A stretch of 39,006 nucleotides of DNA from a virus: IMG/VR virus record IMGVR_UViG_3300025659_000312. One strand, 5' to 3'. A program made the translations under genes and the position numbers. Positions 26,478 through 36,894 of the stretch are shown piece after piece (position 1 is the stretch's first letter; every line of letters begins with the position of its first letter). The notes beneath the pieces are model-generated. The model saw only the letters and a list, made by a program, of their open reading frames with translations. It had not been told where the DNA came from and did not search any database.

Positions 26478-27439
26478 GTTGATACTCCATAACTTAAAGG
26501 AAATGAGTTTCTATAATGTGAACTTTCCTGTGGTACAATCATTTTATATGCTTCAATTAATTCTTCTATACCACAATCTAAACTGTATTTTGGTTTCCAA
26601 CCCGTAGATTCTATTTTACTATTACTCACAATATAGTTCCTTTTATCAGGATCAACAAAATAATCAGAATGTGTTACAGATGTATCTGGTATCTGTTTTT
26701 GTATTCTCTCCACCAATTGTTGTTTATTTATGTTCGTATCGGATAAACCAACATTGAATATTTCATTTTTATATGTTTCATAATTGTCTATCATAAACTC
26801 AAACACGGAACTCACATCTTGAATATGAATAAAATTCCTTATGAATTCATGTTCAAAAAGTGTTATATATTTATCAGTTAATAACTTATACACAAATTCA
26901 TTTACTAACAAATCTAACCGCATTCTACTCGATACTCCAAATACTGTAGCCAACCTAAATATTATTCCATTACTATAAGACTTAATATAATTTTCTGCAT
27001 CACATTTAGTAACACCATAATGACTTATAGGAGTGAGTTTATTTTTTTCACTTACCTCACCATCGATTCTACTTCCATATCCACTATTTGTATTAGGAAA
27101 TAATATTTTTTGATTTGGAGATAAGGTTTCAACAATATCTACAATATGCTTATAGTTTACATCGGTGGCCAATGTTTTATCATTCTCACATACTGGAAAT
27201 CCTACTAAAGCCGCCAATGGTATTATCACATCACTTTTCTGAACTTCATCTTTTAATAGTTTAATGTTTCTGACATCTGAGTGAATAAATTTGAAATTCT
27301 TCAATCTACACAAATCAATCAATGGTGCTTGATTATACATTAAATTATCGTATACAACCACATCATGATTTTTTATTAAGTTTCTTGTAAGAACACAACC
27401 TAAATATCCAGCCCCACCTGTAATTAAAATTTTCATCAT
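26474..27439 (-). CDS. NAD-dependent epimerase/dehydratase (extended SDR)
   Basis: ITGGAGYLG, PLAALVG, YGVTK (YxxxK), RLATVFG, RNFIHIQD. Confidence 0.93.
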   Translation of the reverse strand: MMKILITGGAGYLGCVLTRNLIKNHDVVVYDNLMYNQAPLIDLCRLKNFKFIHSDVRNIKLLKDEVQKSDVIIPLAALVGFPVCENDKTLATDVNYKHIVDIVETLSPNQKILFPNTNSGYGSRIDGEVSEKNKLTPISHYGVTKCDAENYIKSYSNGIIFRLATVFGVSSRMRLDLLVNEFVYKLLTDKYITLFEHEFIRNFIHIQDVSSVFEFMIDNYETYKNEIFNVGLSDTNINKQQLVERIQKQIPDTSVTHSDYFVDPDKRNYIVSNSKIESTGWKPKYSLDCGIEELIEAYKMIVPQESSHYRNSFPLSYGVST

Positions 27440-27448
27440 AATTCCTTT

Positions 27449-28888
27449 TTAATAATTATTTATTTTTCTAAACTTTGGTAAAAAAACAATATCTGACTTT
27501 GTAATAGTCAATAAATCCAATAACTCTAAATTGTATTCAGAATGGTGTTTTGCATACTCCATAAATAGCTCATAATTATAAATAAGAATATCTTTCATAT
27601 TCCAGTACCACTCATGAATTTCATCGATAGACATATTACCAATACGAATTATTTCTTTTTCAATAATACTAAACCTTTCCGTATTATCGAATACCAAATC
27701 GTAACTTTCATCTATAAATGGATGAAAAGTTTTAAATCCAAATTTTTTTAAAAACTCTAATGATTTCGGATTGCCAACTAAAATAAATGGATGAAAAAAT
27801 GAAATAGGTTTCCAAGTTTTTTCTGATACGTATCCGGTAGGATTAGTAAAATCTGTTTCAGTTATGATGCTCAAATAAGTATTCAAATATGGTTTACAAT
27901 TTTCCCACCCATATCCATGATGGATCCCATCTTTTGCTTCCATTGCTATGGGATAATCTACATATTTAAATTTTTTCTCTTTTAATTCATGAAAATCCTT
28001 TTCATAATAGTCTCTCTTTTCATCATCAAAAATTCTATGATTATGATCAGAAACATAATACGGACAATCATCAAAAATAAATTGAAAACTTATATCATTA
28101 TTCTCTATTAAATTATTTCTATTTAAAACACATAAAGTTGCCAATCTGTGTGGTCTCATTCGCCTATTCAAACACAAAAGATTACTTTTTCTATGATTAT
28201 TTTTTGTAGAATTAAAATCTTCAATAGTCATTGCCGAATGTTTATGTTTTTTATACGGTTTACTCAAATCAAATATACCCGAATGTAAATTATTTAATAT
28301 ACAATATACTTCATTTGATTTTTCAAATAATGAATGAGAATACACTATAACATTAAACCTTTTTGTTTTGTTATTTTTATTAATCCAATTGGTATATCGT
28401 TGTGGTGCAAGATAATCATTTACGGCGACAATAGCATTTGTTATACCATATGTTTTTAATTGATAATGTAATTTTTTTAACTCTGAATCTTTTATGAAGG
28501 CCTCTTGTAGAAATCCATAATACAGTTTTAATTTGTTAGATTTAAGATATTGTTTTGCCGTATCACTCATATAATCAAATGCACTTTTATATTTTCTATT
28601 CCAGGCCTTATCATTTCCAAGTGACCTATCAGGTGAGGCAAATCCTTCAATTGGATAGATGCCTAAGTAATTACTTTCATTATTATCTTCGATATCATCT
28701 ACTAAACATAATTTAGCACCTTTGTGTTGATATAAATCACTTGGATATACTGCTGCATCAAATCCAATTTCTTCTCTAAATTCTACAGGATTAAATTGTG
28801 GTGAATAAAACTTTACCCATTCTTCTGGTATACCATTTGGCAATCTTTGTCCATCTATTATTCTATCATAAAAAATTTTAATCATCAT
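27449..28888 (-). CDS. Putative GT-B glycosyltransferase, GT10-like C-terminus (paralog 3)
   Basis: LNRRMRPHR, YLSIITET, VSEKTWKPISFFHPFI, FGFKTFHPFIDESYD. Confidence 0.55.
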   Translation of the reverse strand: MMIKIFYDRIIDGQRLPNGIPEEWVKFYSPQFNPVEFREEIGFDAAVYPSDLYQHKGAKLCLVDDIEDNNESNYLGIYPIEGFASPDRSLGNDKAWNRKYKSAFDYMSDTAKQYLKSNKLKLYYGFLQEAFIKDSELKKLHYQLKTYGITNAIVAVNDYLAPQRYTNWINKNNKTKRFNVIVYSHSLFEKSNEVYCILNNLHSGIFDLSKPYKKHKHSAMTIEDFNSTKNNHRKSNLLCLNRRMRPHRLATLCVLNRNNLIENNDISFQFIFDDCPYYVSDHNHRIFDDEKRDYYEKDFHELKEKKFKYVDYPIAMEAKDGIHHGYGWENCKPYLNTYLSIITETDFTNPTGYVSEKTWKPISFFHPFILVGNPKSLEFLKKFGFKTFHPFIDESYDLVFDNTERFSIIEKEIIRIGNMSIDEIHEWYWNMKDILIYNYELFMEYAKHHSEYNLELLDLLTITKSDIVFLPKFRKINNY

Positions 28889-28896
28889 AAAATATA

Positions 28897-29709
28897 TTAA
28901 ACATTCTTAAAACCTCTTTTTATATAATTGTGTAAATAAGTTGATAACCAGTTGTGTGCATCTTTACCTGGATGACCATCAGTTGCTAACCATTCATCTG
29001 GTGATTCGTGTGTTTGGTATCTACCATAAAGATATTCGTTCCAACTATCAATCACTTTTTTCTCGTTATAACTATATAAATAATTATCTTCAAAAGAAAG
29101 AAAGTTGGTATTTTTTCTTAAAAAATCTGTTAGTGTTATTGAATGTATGTCATCAGTAGTATCTCTTGGTAATCCCAACGAATTAAAAATAATTAAATCA
29201 ATTTTATTCTCTTTTAAATATAGCAATAACAAAGTAATTTCTCTTTTAATTTTTTCCACTCTCTCTTTATCAGAGTAAAAATATTGTAAATAAAACATTA
29301 ACCATTTTAAAACTCTATCCCTACCTGTCTTTAGTGAAGTAATATGAGTTGGAACTTTTATTCCAGTATCTCCTTCCATTGGACCAATATGATTGTCTCC
29401 CAATGAACTTAAATGTGAATCAACATATTGATTTATTTCATTCAAATAAAATTCAACTCGGGATGGATCAGTTAATCCTAAAATCAATAAAGTATCTTTG
29501 CATTTATCTTTATTGTTTTCTACCCAATCAAAAGTAGTTCTAAATATTCTATCATTAGAAGCTCCTGTTTTTGATAAGTTTATATCTTCACATAATAATT
29601 TATTTGATAATAAATTAGAAAACCTATATTTGAAGTGTTCTTCCGTATTGCCTAATCCATCACCAAAAACAAAACTACATCCATTTGTTACTAAATATTT
29701 ATAACTCAT
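28897..29709 (-). CDS. SGNH/GDSL-fold protein (paralog 4)
   Basis: VTNGCSFVFG, NLSKTGASN, DGHPGKDAH. Confidence 0.65.
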   Translation of the reverse strand: MSYKYLVTNGCSFVFGDGLGNTEEHFKYRFSNLLSNKLLCEDINLSKTGASNDRIFRTTFDWVENNKDKCKDTLLILGLTDPSRVEFYLNEINQYVDSHLSSLGDNHIGPMEGDTGIKVPTHITSLKTGRDRVLKWLMFYLQYFYSDKERVEKIKREITLLLLYLKENKIDLIIFNSLGLPRDTTDDIHSITLTDFLRKNTNFLSFEDNYLYSYNEKKVIDSWNEYLYGRYQTHESPDEWLATDGHPGKDAHNWLSTYLHNYIKRGFKNV

Positions 29710-30520
29710 TTTTCAAATCCTTATATAATTCATCTGCCCACAATTGATGTCCATTTTCACTTGGATGAGGATCATTTTCACTCCACATATTTTTTTTATA
29801 TTCTAACTTTTTACTATCAGAATTTAAATCTAATAGAAAGTTTTTGAATGATATTGACTTAAAAATTCTCTCTCTTAATCTATAAAAATAATCTTTTGTA
29901 TGAGAATCATATATCTCCAAATCATCTTCAACTTGATAACCATGATGAAGTCCTAACATAGCATTACCATCTTTTTTCGTATAAAACGCATCAAAAAATA
30001 AGTGATTGATTTTATAATGAGATAGAAATTTGTGTAAATATAAATTTTGATGTATATACCTACTCATATACTCCCTTTCATTCCAAAAATATAAAAAATA
30101 TGATTCATAAAAATTATAAAGTTTTTCAGGTATATTTTTGTGCTGTTGTTTATCTAAAAACATATCTGGTCTCATGGTTTCCCAAAACTCATCATCTTCA
30201 AATTCAAAATAAAAATCTTTGCGTTCGGGTGATGTCCATCCAATAATAACAAAAATTTCCTGTTCATCATACTCCAATAATAATTTTAATGTATATTCTA
30301 CGACATCACGTACTATGGTATCGTTTGAACATCCTGCACTGGCACAATTGATAACTTTTGTATTTAATAATTTTCCTAACTTATGTGGCCAAACTTTTGG
30401 TAATCTATAATTGTCATTTTTAACATGATTCACATAGGTGATTCCTTTTTTTTGTAATTTTGGATCTATAATATCACCTGATGTCCAACTATCGCCCCCA
30501 CATAAAAGTATTTTCTTCAT
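29699..30520 (-). CDS. SGNH/GDSL-fold protein (paralog 5)
   Basis: CGGDSWTSG, NCASAGCSN, DPHPSENGH. Confidence 0.7.
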   Translation of the reverse strand: MKKILLCGGDSWTSGDIIDPKLQKKGITYVNHVKNDNYRLPKVWPHKLGKLLNTKVINCASAGCSNDTIVRDVVEYTLKLLLEYDEQEIFVIIGWTSPERKDFYFEFEDDEFWETMRPDMFLDKQQHKNIPEKLYNFYESYFLYFWNEREYMSRYIHQNLYLHKFLSHYKINHLFFDAFYTKKDGNAMLGLHHGYQVEDDLEIYDSHTKDYFYRLRERIFKSISFKNFLLDLNSDSKKLEYKKNMWSENDPHPSENGHQLWADELYKDLKNEL

Positions 30521-31266
30521 CTTTGATTAAGCTGCTTTGATACTGATTGTTCTTCTGATAAATCTATTACTTGAACTTCACTTGTACGAAATTTATTATT
30601 ATCACCGGACACATCAACATTCCACAGATGATAATGGTTAATAATATAAGATAACATTTCTTCTTGTCTTTCAGTCAACGTATTAAATGTTTCAATGCTA
30701 AAATGGGGAGTGTCCAATAATTTATTAGCATGACCATATTCACCGCCACCACCGAATACTCTATCTCGATATGGACCAGATAGTCTAACAAGTTCCATAT
30801 TTTTCATAAACTTTTCCATTAATTTAGACAAATGTAAGTTATTACTTTTTTCATAATTTTGAGTCCTTTGCAATATTACAGGATCATCAACATTATGTCT
30901 TTGTAATTCTAATGGATTCCAAAAATAATTTATAATATAATCCTTTTCCCTTTCCGTTTTATCTTTCATATAGTTATATATGGCCCAATTTAAAATTGTA
31001 AAATGTGAGGACCGTCTTGTAGAAACTGCTCTACCATCATCTGTTAACCACATTAAATTCAATCTTCCACTGATTTCATGTATAGTTCCTACATCGTATA
31101 TTTTCCAAAATTTAGTAGGGTGTTGTTGTACATCAGTCAAATCATCAGACCGAAAAAAGAATCTATCATAAGTTTCTATAACTTTATCATCTCTTACATC
31201 TAATTCAGATAAACAACCCTTTAACAATGCGAATTTCATATCCTCTACTTCTATATTAAAACTCAC
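30517..31266 (-). CDS. Hypothetical protein
   Basis: 249 aa, GTG start with GGGAG SD. Confidence 0.75.
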   Translation of the reverse strand: MSFNIEVEDMKFALLKGCLSELDVRDDKVIETYDRFFFRSDDLTDVQQHPTKFWKIYDVGTIHEISGRLNLMWLTDDGRAVSTRRSSHFTILNWAIYNYMKDKTEREKDYIINYFWNPLELQRHNVDDPVILQRTQNYEKSNNLHLSKLMEKFMKNMELVRLSGPYRDRVFGGGGEYGHANKLLDTPHFSIETFNTLTERQEEMLSYIINHYHLWNVDVSGDNNKFRTSEVQVIDLSEEQSVSKQLNQR

Positions 31267-31303
31267 TTAAAAAAACTCCCTATATCTATTACATATTTAC
31301 TCA

Positions 31304-32125
31304 TCAAATCCACTCATCATTATATTTTACGAAATGATTACCATTGTTACTCTCATCATATATTTTAAAAGAATTAACTTCTTTTAAATTACTCATAAAA
31401 ATAATTTCTCTATGACCAAAATCACCATCTTGATATGTACCACTAAAAAAAGATCCCAATGTTTTTCCATATGTAAATTGTGGAATAATATCCGTATCAA
31501 CTTGCTCTTCTCCAGATTGACTAAATTCTCTTTCAAATTCTATTCTATCCTGTGAGAGTATATCATACAAAAATATACCAACACCACTTATTGTCCCCTT
31601 AAAATTCCACCGATATTCTGGTGGACACGTTGATAATCCATTACAACACCCTAACCAAATCATAGCATCAATATACTTAACCATATCTCCATCAATATCT
31701 CTTTCTATATATTTATCATTCACTTGAAATTTAAGTTTTTGTTTATCTCTATCTACAACCATGACTATATTATACCAATCATCCTTTTTATCTGCTTTCC
31801 AATGGGGATCGTTTGATGTACCATCTTCTATTTTACAATATATAGAAACTGGGTTTTCAACTGATTTTTGTAATGCCCACATATCACATTGTAAAAATAA
31901 ATCTCCATTTTCCGTTTTTCTACATAAAATTCCAGTATGTTGTCCGTTTATTGCAAGCATTCCACCAACTTCATCGGATGCCATTTCATCCCAATCCACC
32001 TTTACCCTCATTGCAAATGAAAAAATTGATGATGTAAATAATTTTGATGGTAAAAGAGTACTTAAACCATGCTTATTACTTAATGGTAAAAAATAAGCAT
32101 CCTCATCTCCCTTAAAATTTATCAT
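31304..32125 (-). CDS. Stand-alone LamG/concanavalin A-like domain protein
   Basis: FSFAMRVK, DWYNIVMVVD, FQVND, IWLG, FKGTISGVGIF, DESNNGNH; resembles the inserts in the GT7 genes. Confidence 0.65.
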   Translation of the reverse strand: MINFKGDEDAYFLPLSNKHGLSTLLPSKLFTSSIFSFAMRVKVDWDEMASDEVGGMLAINGQHTGILCRKTENGDLFLQCDMWALQKSVENPVSIYCKIEDGTSNDPHWKADKKDDWYNIVMVVDRDKQKLKFQVNDKYIERDIDGDMVKYIDAMIWLGCCNGLSTCPPEYRWNFKGTISGVGIFLYDILSQDRIEFEREFSQSGEEQVDTDIIPQFTYGKTLGSFFSGTYQDGDFGHREIIFMSNLKEVNSFKIYDESNNGNHFVKYNDEWI

Positions 32126-33582
32126 AAAGACATCTCCAATGTTGAATAATAAAAACTTTCTAATTCCGGAAAAACATCTACAAAGTTTGTTCCCCTTCTT
32201 CTATCATGTTCTTTAAAAAACTTACCAAAATTATATCTCTGTACCTTTAACTCATCGGAATCTTGATCAACTGATATCATCCAATCGTAAATTCGTTTTA
32301 ATTTTTGAGTTTCAATATCAGAAAATCCTATATTCCTATAATCAAATAAAGGAACAGACAAATAATCCATATATTGTGCCTGTTTAAAGATATTGTCTGA
32401 CCATTCTGGTGGTAATACCTGCACGGTTTGGTGTGTTGGATGTCTCAAATAAGATGAATCCAAAAAAGTTGCAGATGGCCAATATCTATCTTCAGAACCA
32501 TATGACTTCTTTAATTCATATATTCCATTAATTAGTTTTTTATAACTCGGAACTGATAGTGCATTGTAGGTACTCATAAAAGTTAAATTTACACGACTGC
32601 ATTTTTCTAATATCTTATTACAATTATCCCAAAACCTATTAAATTCTAAACCATTTCTTATATATTCAGCCTGTGTTCCCCAAGCATCTACTGATGTATA
32701 TACAACAAATTCTTTTACTCTGTTCTCATCTTCAATTCTTTGTATTCTTTGTATTAAATTATCTATTAAAACATCTGGTACTCCTAAATTAGAATTTAGA
32801 GATAAGGATAATTCTTTATTTGGATTTGGTTCATCAATAATATAATCCAACACTTTCCACGTGTCCTTTGATAACAAAGGTTCTCCACCAGTTATTCTGA
32901 ATGTATGTAGATTACGATACAGCGCTGGCCACCATTCCCAAAATGCCTCTACATATGGATTTTCTTCACGGTGTGGTATTGGCATTTTATCTTCATTTGT
33001 TATATATTTTATGGAATTAAAATCTTCCGTTGTAGGATATCCACCATACTTTTGAGTTTCGTCCATCCAGGTAGATGAAAAAGCAGGGCCACAATAACTA
33101 CATTTGAAATTACAGGCATTGGAGAATGCCACTTCAACATATTTAGGATTAAAATTTTCTTGTGGATCCATTTTCACAATTTCTTCAAGATGGGGATGAG
33201 ACCATGATGCTCCTGATTTTAAAACTCTATCAGAAAATCTATCCGAGTTATCTTCTATATTCCAACAATAATCACATTCCTTTGGACGTTTACCGTCCAA
33301 CATTTCTTTTCGTTTTTCTTTTTTAAATTGTGTATTATGGAGTGCTGTAGGATTAACTTTTAATTCATTTAATGGTATCTTATGGGTGACCGGATGATGA
33401 CAACTATGAGTATGTCCTAAATGTAGATGCATAGTAACTTGTGTCCATTTTGCAAGACAGAATCCACATCCCGTATCATTTAGATCAGATTTTAATTTAT
33501 CGTAAAATGGATTATCACTTGTAAAATCACTTTCTCCGGGTTTTACTAATTCCAGTTGGACCTTTGTACCTTCTGATTGCAT
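32122..33582 (-). CDS. Radical SAM protein with N-terminal Cys/His-rich (twitch-like) region
   Basis: CGFCLAKW...SCHH...CDYCW, then CNFKCSYC and ITGGEPL. Confidence 0.92.
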   Translation of the reverse strand: MQSEGTKVQLELVKPGESDFTSDNPFYDKLKSDLNDTGCGFCLAKWTQVTMHLHLGHTHSCHHPVTHKIPLNELKVNPTALHNTQFKKEKRKEMLDGKRPKECDYCWNIEDNSDRFSDRVLKSGASWSHPHLEEIVKMDPQENFNPKYVEVAFSNACNFKCSYCGPAFSSTWMDETQKYGGYPTTEDFNSIKYITNEDKMPIPHREENPYVEAFWEWWPALYRNLHTFRITGGEPLLSKDTWKVLDYIIDEPNPNKELSLSLNSNLGVPDVLIDNLIQRIQRIEDENRVKEFVVYTSVDAWGTQAEYIRNGLEFNRFWDNCNKILEKCSRVNLTFMSTYNALSVPSYKKLINGIYELKKSYGSEDRYWPSATFLDSSYLRHPTHQTVQVLPPEWSDNIFKQAQYMDYLSVPLFDYRNIGFSDIETQKLKRIYDWMISVDQDSDELKVQRYNFGKFFKEHDRRRGTNFVDVFPELESFYYSTLEMSL

Positions 33583-35082
33583 TTATATCTCCACGTGATT
33601 TGGAATATCTTGTTCACATCTAAAATCTATTATTTCATGTTCTGTATTAAATAAATATTCTCGTTTAACAATATTGTAATTTAAATCCGCGAGTCCATCT
33701 TCATCTGTATTTATCATTCCACCTTTCACTTCATCTATGAATCTTCTTTCATTTATACTTGTATCTTTTTGGTGAACGAATTTGTTTCCAACAATATCAT
33801 TCCGTTTGTGGTGTTGTGAAAAATACCGACCTTTACGACTCCTATATGGTAATGTTGTGTTTGATATTTTACCTATCTCTTCATTTATTATACTACAACC
33901 ATTTATAATTCCATGATTTCCATTTCCACTTAAATCATATACTATGTCATTTTCTACTTTTGAAAAATCATAATATAATTTTGTATTTTCTGGGGTTGGA
34001 AAATCTGTTTTGTAATATTCTTGTCTTTCACTATCATCAAATATTCTATCCCACATACAAACTTGTGTAATATCACCTGCAAAGTAATTGGTGTAATCTG
34101 CTGTTTTTGGATCATTCACTCCAATGTAAAATGGATTTCCACCATATTTCTTTAATGGTGATTCAAATTTTAATGGTGATTCTGAACCATGTCCGAATCT
34201 GGAATCTGATTCTTCACCATTTAGATAAAATCTCATTTCCCCTTTATCAACATTTACCGTTATCATCAAATGTGTCCAGGTTTCTGGGTGTCGTTTTATC
34301 CACATATAAGAATGATTATTCTTTTGATTAAATAAACCAAAAGAATATGCGTTAGAATTGTCCCATGCAAATCCCATTTGGTAACTTGGTCTCCCTAAAA
34401 TATATTGATGAATAAATTCTCTGTTTTCTACATCCCCAATTAAATATGTTGGAATATCAAATCTATCTTCTGCTTTTACTAATATTGATATTGTGAAATT
34501 ACCACTCGTTAGTTCTCGTATAGAATCTGTTGGATTGATTTTGATGTAATTAGAAAGTCCATCAAATCGTGCGAAGTTTCGTGGTTCGTTTGATTCATTA
34601 TTCATAAATGTTGTTTTTGCAAGTCCTTTCTTCTTTACTCGATATAACAAATCATCATCTTCCATTCCCCAATTGAAATACCCATTTGAATATCCATTGA
34701 TTTTTTGGTAATGTTCCTTTGTGAATAAGATTGCACCTCCGAAATACTCTTGATATTTTAGCCCATAGCCGAATTGAGCAACATTTACTGCTAAATGTTC
34801 TACTTTATCAGGATAGGAATAATCACAAGTATCATCTTCTGGTAACATATCTATATCATGAAAACAGAAATAATCATATCCTTCCTTTTGGGCTACATCA
34901 AAAGCTACATTTTTTGCAGTTCCTCTATTAAATCCACTTACCGAATCAGGATAAACTTGATTGGCAACAAATATCTTGTATTCTATATCTTTGTCCTTAA
35001 AAAATTCATCCATATGTGGAATAAACTTTTTAAGATGTTCTTCTCTTTTGTAGTGTGGAACACATATTGCTAATTTCTTCAT
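33583..35082 (-). CDS. GT7 (beta-1,4-galactosyltransferase-like) with inserted LamG domain (paralog 1)
   Basis: VPHYKR, FNRG, FHDIDMLP, YFGGA, INGYSN..NWGMEDDDL; about 250 aa LamG insert; then GRYFSQHH. Confidence 0.88.
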   Translation of the reverse strand: MKKLAICVPHYKREEHLKKFIPHMDEFFKDKDIEYKIFVANQVYPDSVSGFNRGTAKNVAFDVAQKEGYDYFCFHDIDMLPEDDTCDYSYPDKVEHLAVNVAQFGYGLKYQEYFGGAILFTKEHYQKINGYSNGYFNWGMEDDDLLYRVKKKGLAKTTFMNNESNEPRNFARFDGLSNYIKINPTDSIRELTSGNFTISILVKAEDRFDIPTYLIGDVENREFIHQYILGRPSYQMGFAWDNSNAYSFGLFNQKNNHSYMWIKRHPETWTHLMITVNVDKGEMRFYLNGEESDSRFGHGSESPLKFESPLKKYGGNPFYIGVNDPKTADYTNYFAGDITQVCMWDRIFDDSERQEYYKTDFPTPENTKLYYDFSKVENDIVYDLSGNGNHGIINGCSIINEEIGKISNTTLPYRSRKGRYFSQHHKRNDIVGNKFVHQKDTSINERRFIDEVKGGMINTDEDGLADLNYNIVKREYLFNTEHEIIDFRCEQDIPNHVEI

Positions 35083-36560
35083 ATTACTGATATAAACTCA
35101 TGTTTATCTAAAAATTCTTCGTTATGTGATATCTCATACTTCAATGAACTCAACCCATCTTCCTTTATTGAAGATAATCCACGTCTTACCTTATTAAAAA
35201 ACCGTAATTGATTTTCTCGTGTTTCCCAATGTGTAAACTTTGTCTGTGACCAACCATTTTCTTCGTGTTCTAAACAAGTAAACTTTCCATCTCGTCTGTT
35301 TGGTATTAAAGCCAAACTACCAATTCTCAATTCCTTTTCTTTCTGAAGTGCTCCGTGGATTTTTGCATGATTATCATTTCCACTCTTATCAATGACCATA
35401 TCACCTACTACATTATCAAAATTCCAATATCCTACAACGTCTTTTGCAGATTTATACTTTTCATTACCTTGTTTCCACCCATCAAATTGTTTATTATCTG
35501 TAACGTTTCGTGGAAATCCACCATTATATAGATACGAGGCCTCTTCGCTACTGACACAATTTGACCAAAGTGTAATTTGTGCAACATTTCCTTTGAAATA
35601 TCCTCTATCATCTGTTCTTGCATTTGGATTTGCACAACCAATATAATATGGAATGTTACTTGCTTCTTTGATTTTACCTAAATAATCCGTTGGTGACTCA
35701 TTTACCTCTATACCGTTCACATACATCCGTAATCGTTTCAGGATGTGGTCTACCGTGTAGATCACTTGAACCCACTCGTTAGTGTGTCTATCTGAAACTA
35801 CCATATATTGTTCATTGGTATCATTCCAAATACCACCTTTGTATTGCATTCCACTTGTATATGCAATTCCTACGTGATGACCTGGTCTGGTAAATACATG
35901 AAATTCATCGTAATCTTTATTTGGATCTAACTCTAAATCATCGGATGGTTCTACCCAAGCTTCTACTGAAAATGATGAATTGACTACTTTGTTTAATGAA
36001 AGTGTATTTTTTATTTCAAGGTAGTCTCTGCCGTTAAATTCCATAACATTTATGTATCGTGGGGTTTTGTCTTTTGACGAACCAGTCCATTGTTCTTGTA
36101 ATGGAACTCCTTGTTTTCTACATCTGTATAACAAGTCGTCATCTTCAAATCCCCATCCCCAATATTTATTGGAAAATCCATTTATCCACTCAAAATGTTC
36201 TTTGTTGAATAATGTCACCCCACTAAAATACTCTGGATATACCAAACGGTAGTTGAATTTACTTAAACGGGATGCTAAGTGTGTAGGTTTATCTACCCAA
36301 GAATAATCACAAGTTTTATCTTCAGGTAACATATCTACGTCGTGGAAACAAAAATAATCAAATCCCTGTTCCTTTGCAACCATATATCCTACGTTTATGA
36401 GCCAACCACGGTTAAATGGTTTATCGTTTCCTTGTTCTATTACAAAAATTTTGTAAGGAATATCTTTATCACTTAAAAACTTGTCCATATGTGGTACAAA
36501 TCGTGATAAGTGATCTTCCCTTTCCCGGTAAGGAACAATTATTGCAAGTTTTGGGTTCAT
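35079..36560 (-). CDS. GT7 (beta-1,4-galactosyltransferase-like) with inserted LamG domain (paralog 2)
   Basis: VPYRER, FNRG, FHDVDMLP, INGFSNKYWGWGFEDDDL; LamG insert; then GKFTCLEH. Confidence 0.9.
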   Translation of the reverse strand: MNPKLAIIVPYREREDHLSRFVPHMDKFLSDKDIPYKIFVIEQGNDKPFNRGWLINVGYMVAKEQGFDYFCFHDVDMLPEDKTCDYSWVDKPTHLASRLSKFNYRLVYPEYFSGVTLFNKEHFEWINGFSNKYWGWGFEDDDLLYRCRKQGVPLQEQWTGSSKDKTPRYINVMEFNGRDYLEIKNTLSLNKVVNSSFSVEAWVEPSDDLELDPNKDYDEFHVFTRPGHHVGIAYTSGMQYKGGIWNDTNEQYMVVSDRHTNEWVQVIYTVDHILKRLRMYVNGIEVNESPTDYLGKIKEASNIPYYIGCANPNARTDDRGYFKGNVAQITLWSNCVSSEEASYLYNGGFPRNVTDNKQFDGWKQGNEKYKSAKDVVGYWNFDNVVGDMVIDKSGNDNHAKIHGALQKEKELRIGSLALIPNRRDGKFTCLEHEENGWSQTKFTHWETRENQLRFFNKVRRGLSSIKEDGLSSLKYEISHNEEFLDKHEFISVI

Positions 36561-36883
36561 TATTTACCGAACAATTTTCCTACTATTGATTGCTTTTCTT
36601 CTGGTTGACTGTTACCAAGAGCCTTTGCAATTTCACTAGCGATGTCTGTTGTTGATACTTGTGGTTGTGAAACTTGTGGGACTGATGGTCCATCTGGATT
36701 ACTTTCTACATAATTTTTCATCATATTGTAGATTTCCCAAAGTTTCCAATCAATTGCTTCCACTTTTTCTTCTAAATTAGTAAGTGATTTTACTGCTATT
36801 GCTGTAAGCTCATTACCTTCAGTTGAATCTAATGTATCTCGTGCATCTGTTTTTTTTGTTTCTGTTTTTGTTTTTGTAGCCAT
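36560..36883 (-). CDS. Hypothetical protein
   Basis: 107 aa; GGAGA SD; helical IDWKLWEIY core. Confidence 0.75.
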   Translation of the reverse strand: MATKTKTETKKTDARDTLDSTEGNELTAIAVKSLTNLEEKVEAIDWKLWEIYNMMKNYVESNPDGPSVPQVSQPQVSTTDIASEIAKALGNSQPEEKQSIVGKLFGK

Positions 36884-36894
36884 AACTTTATCTC

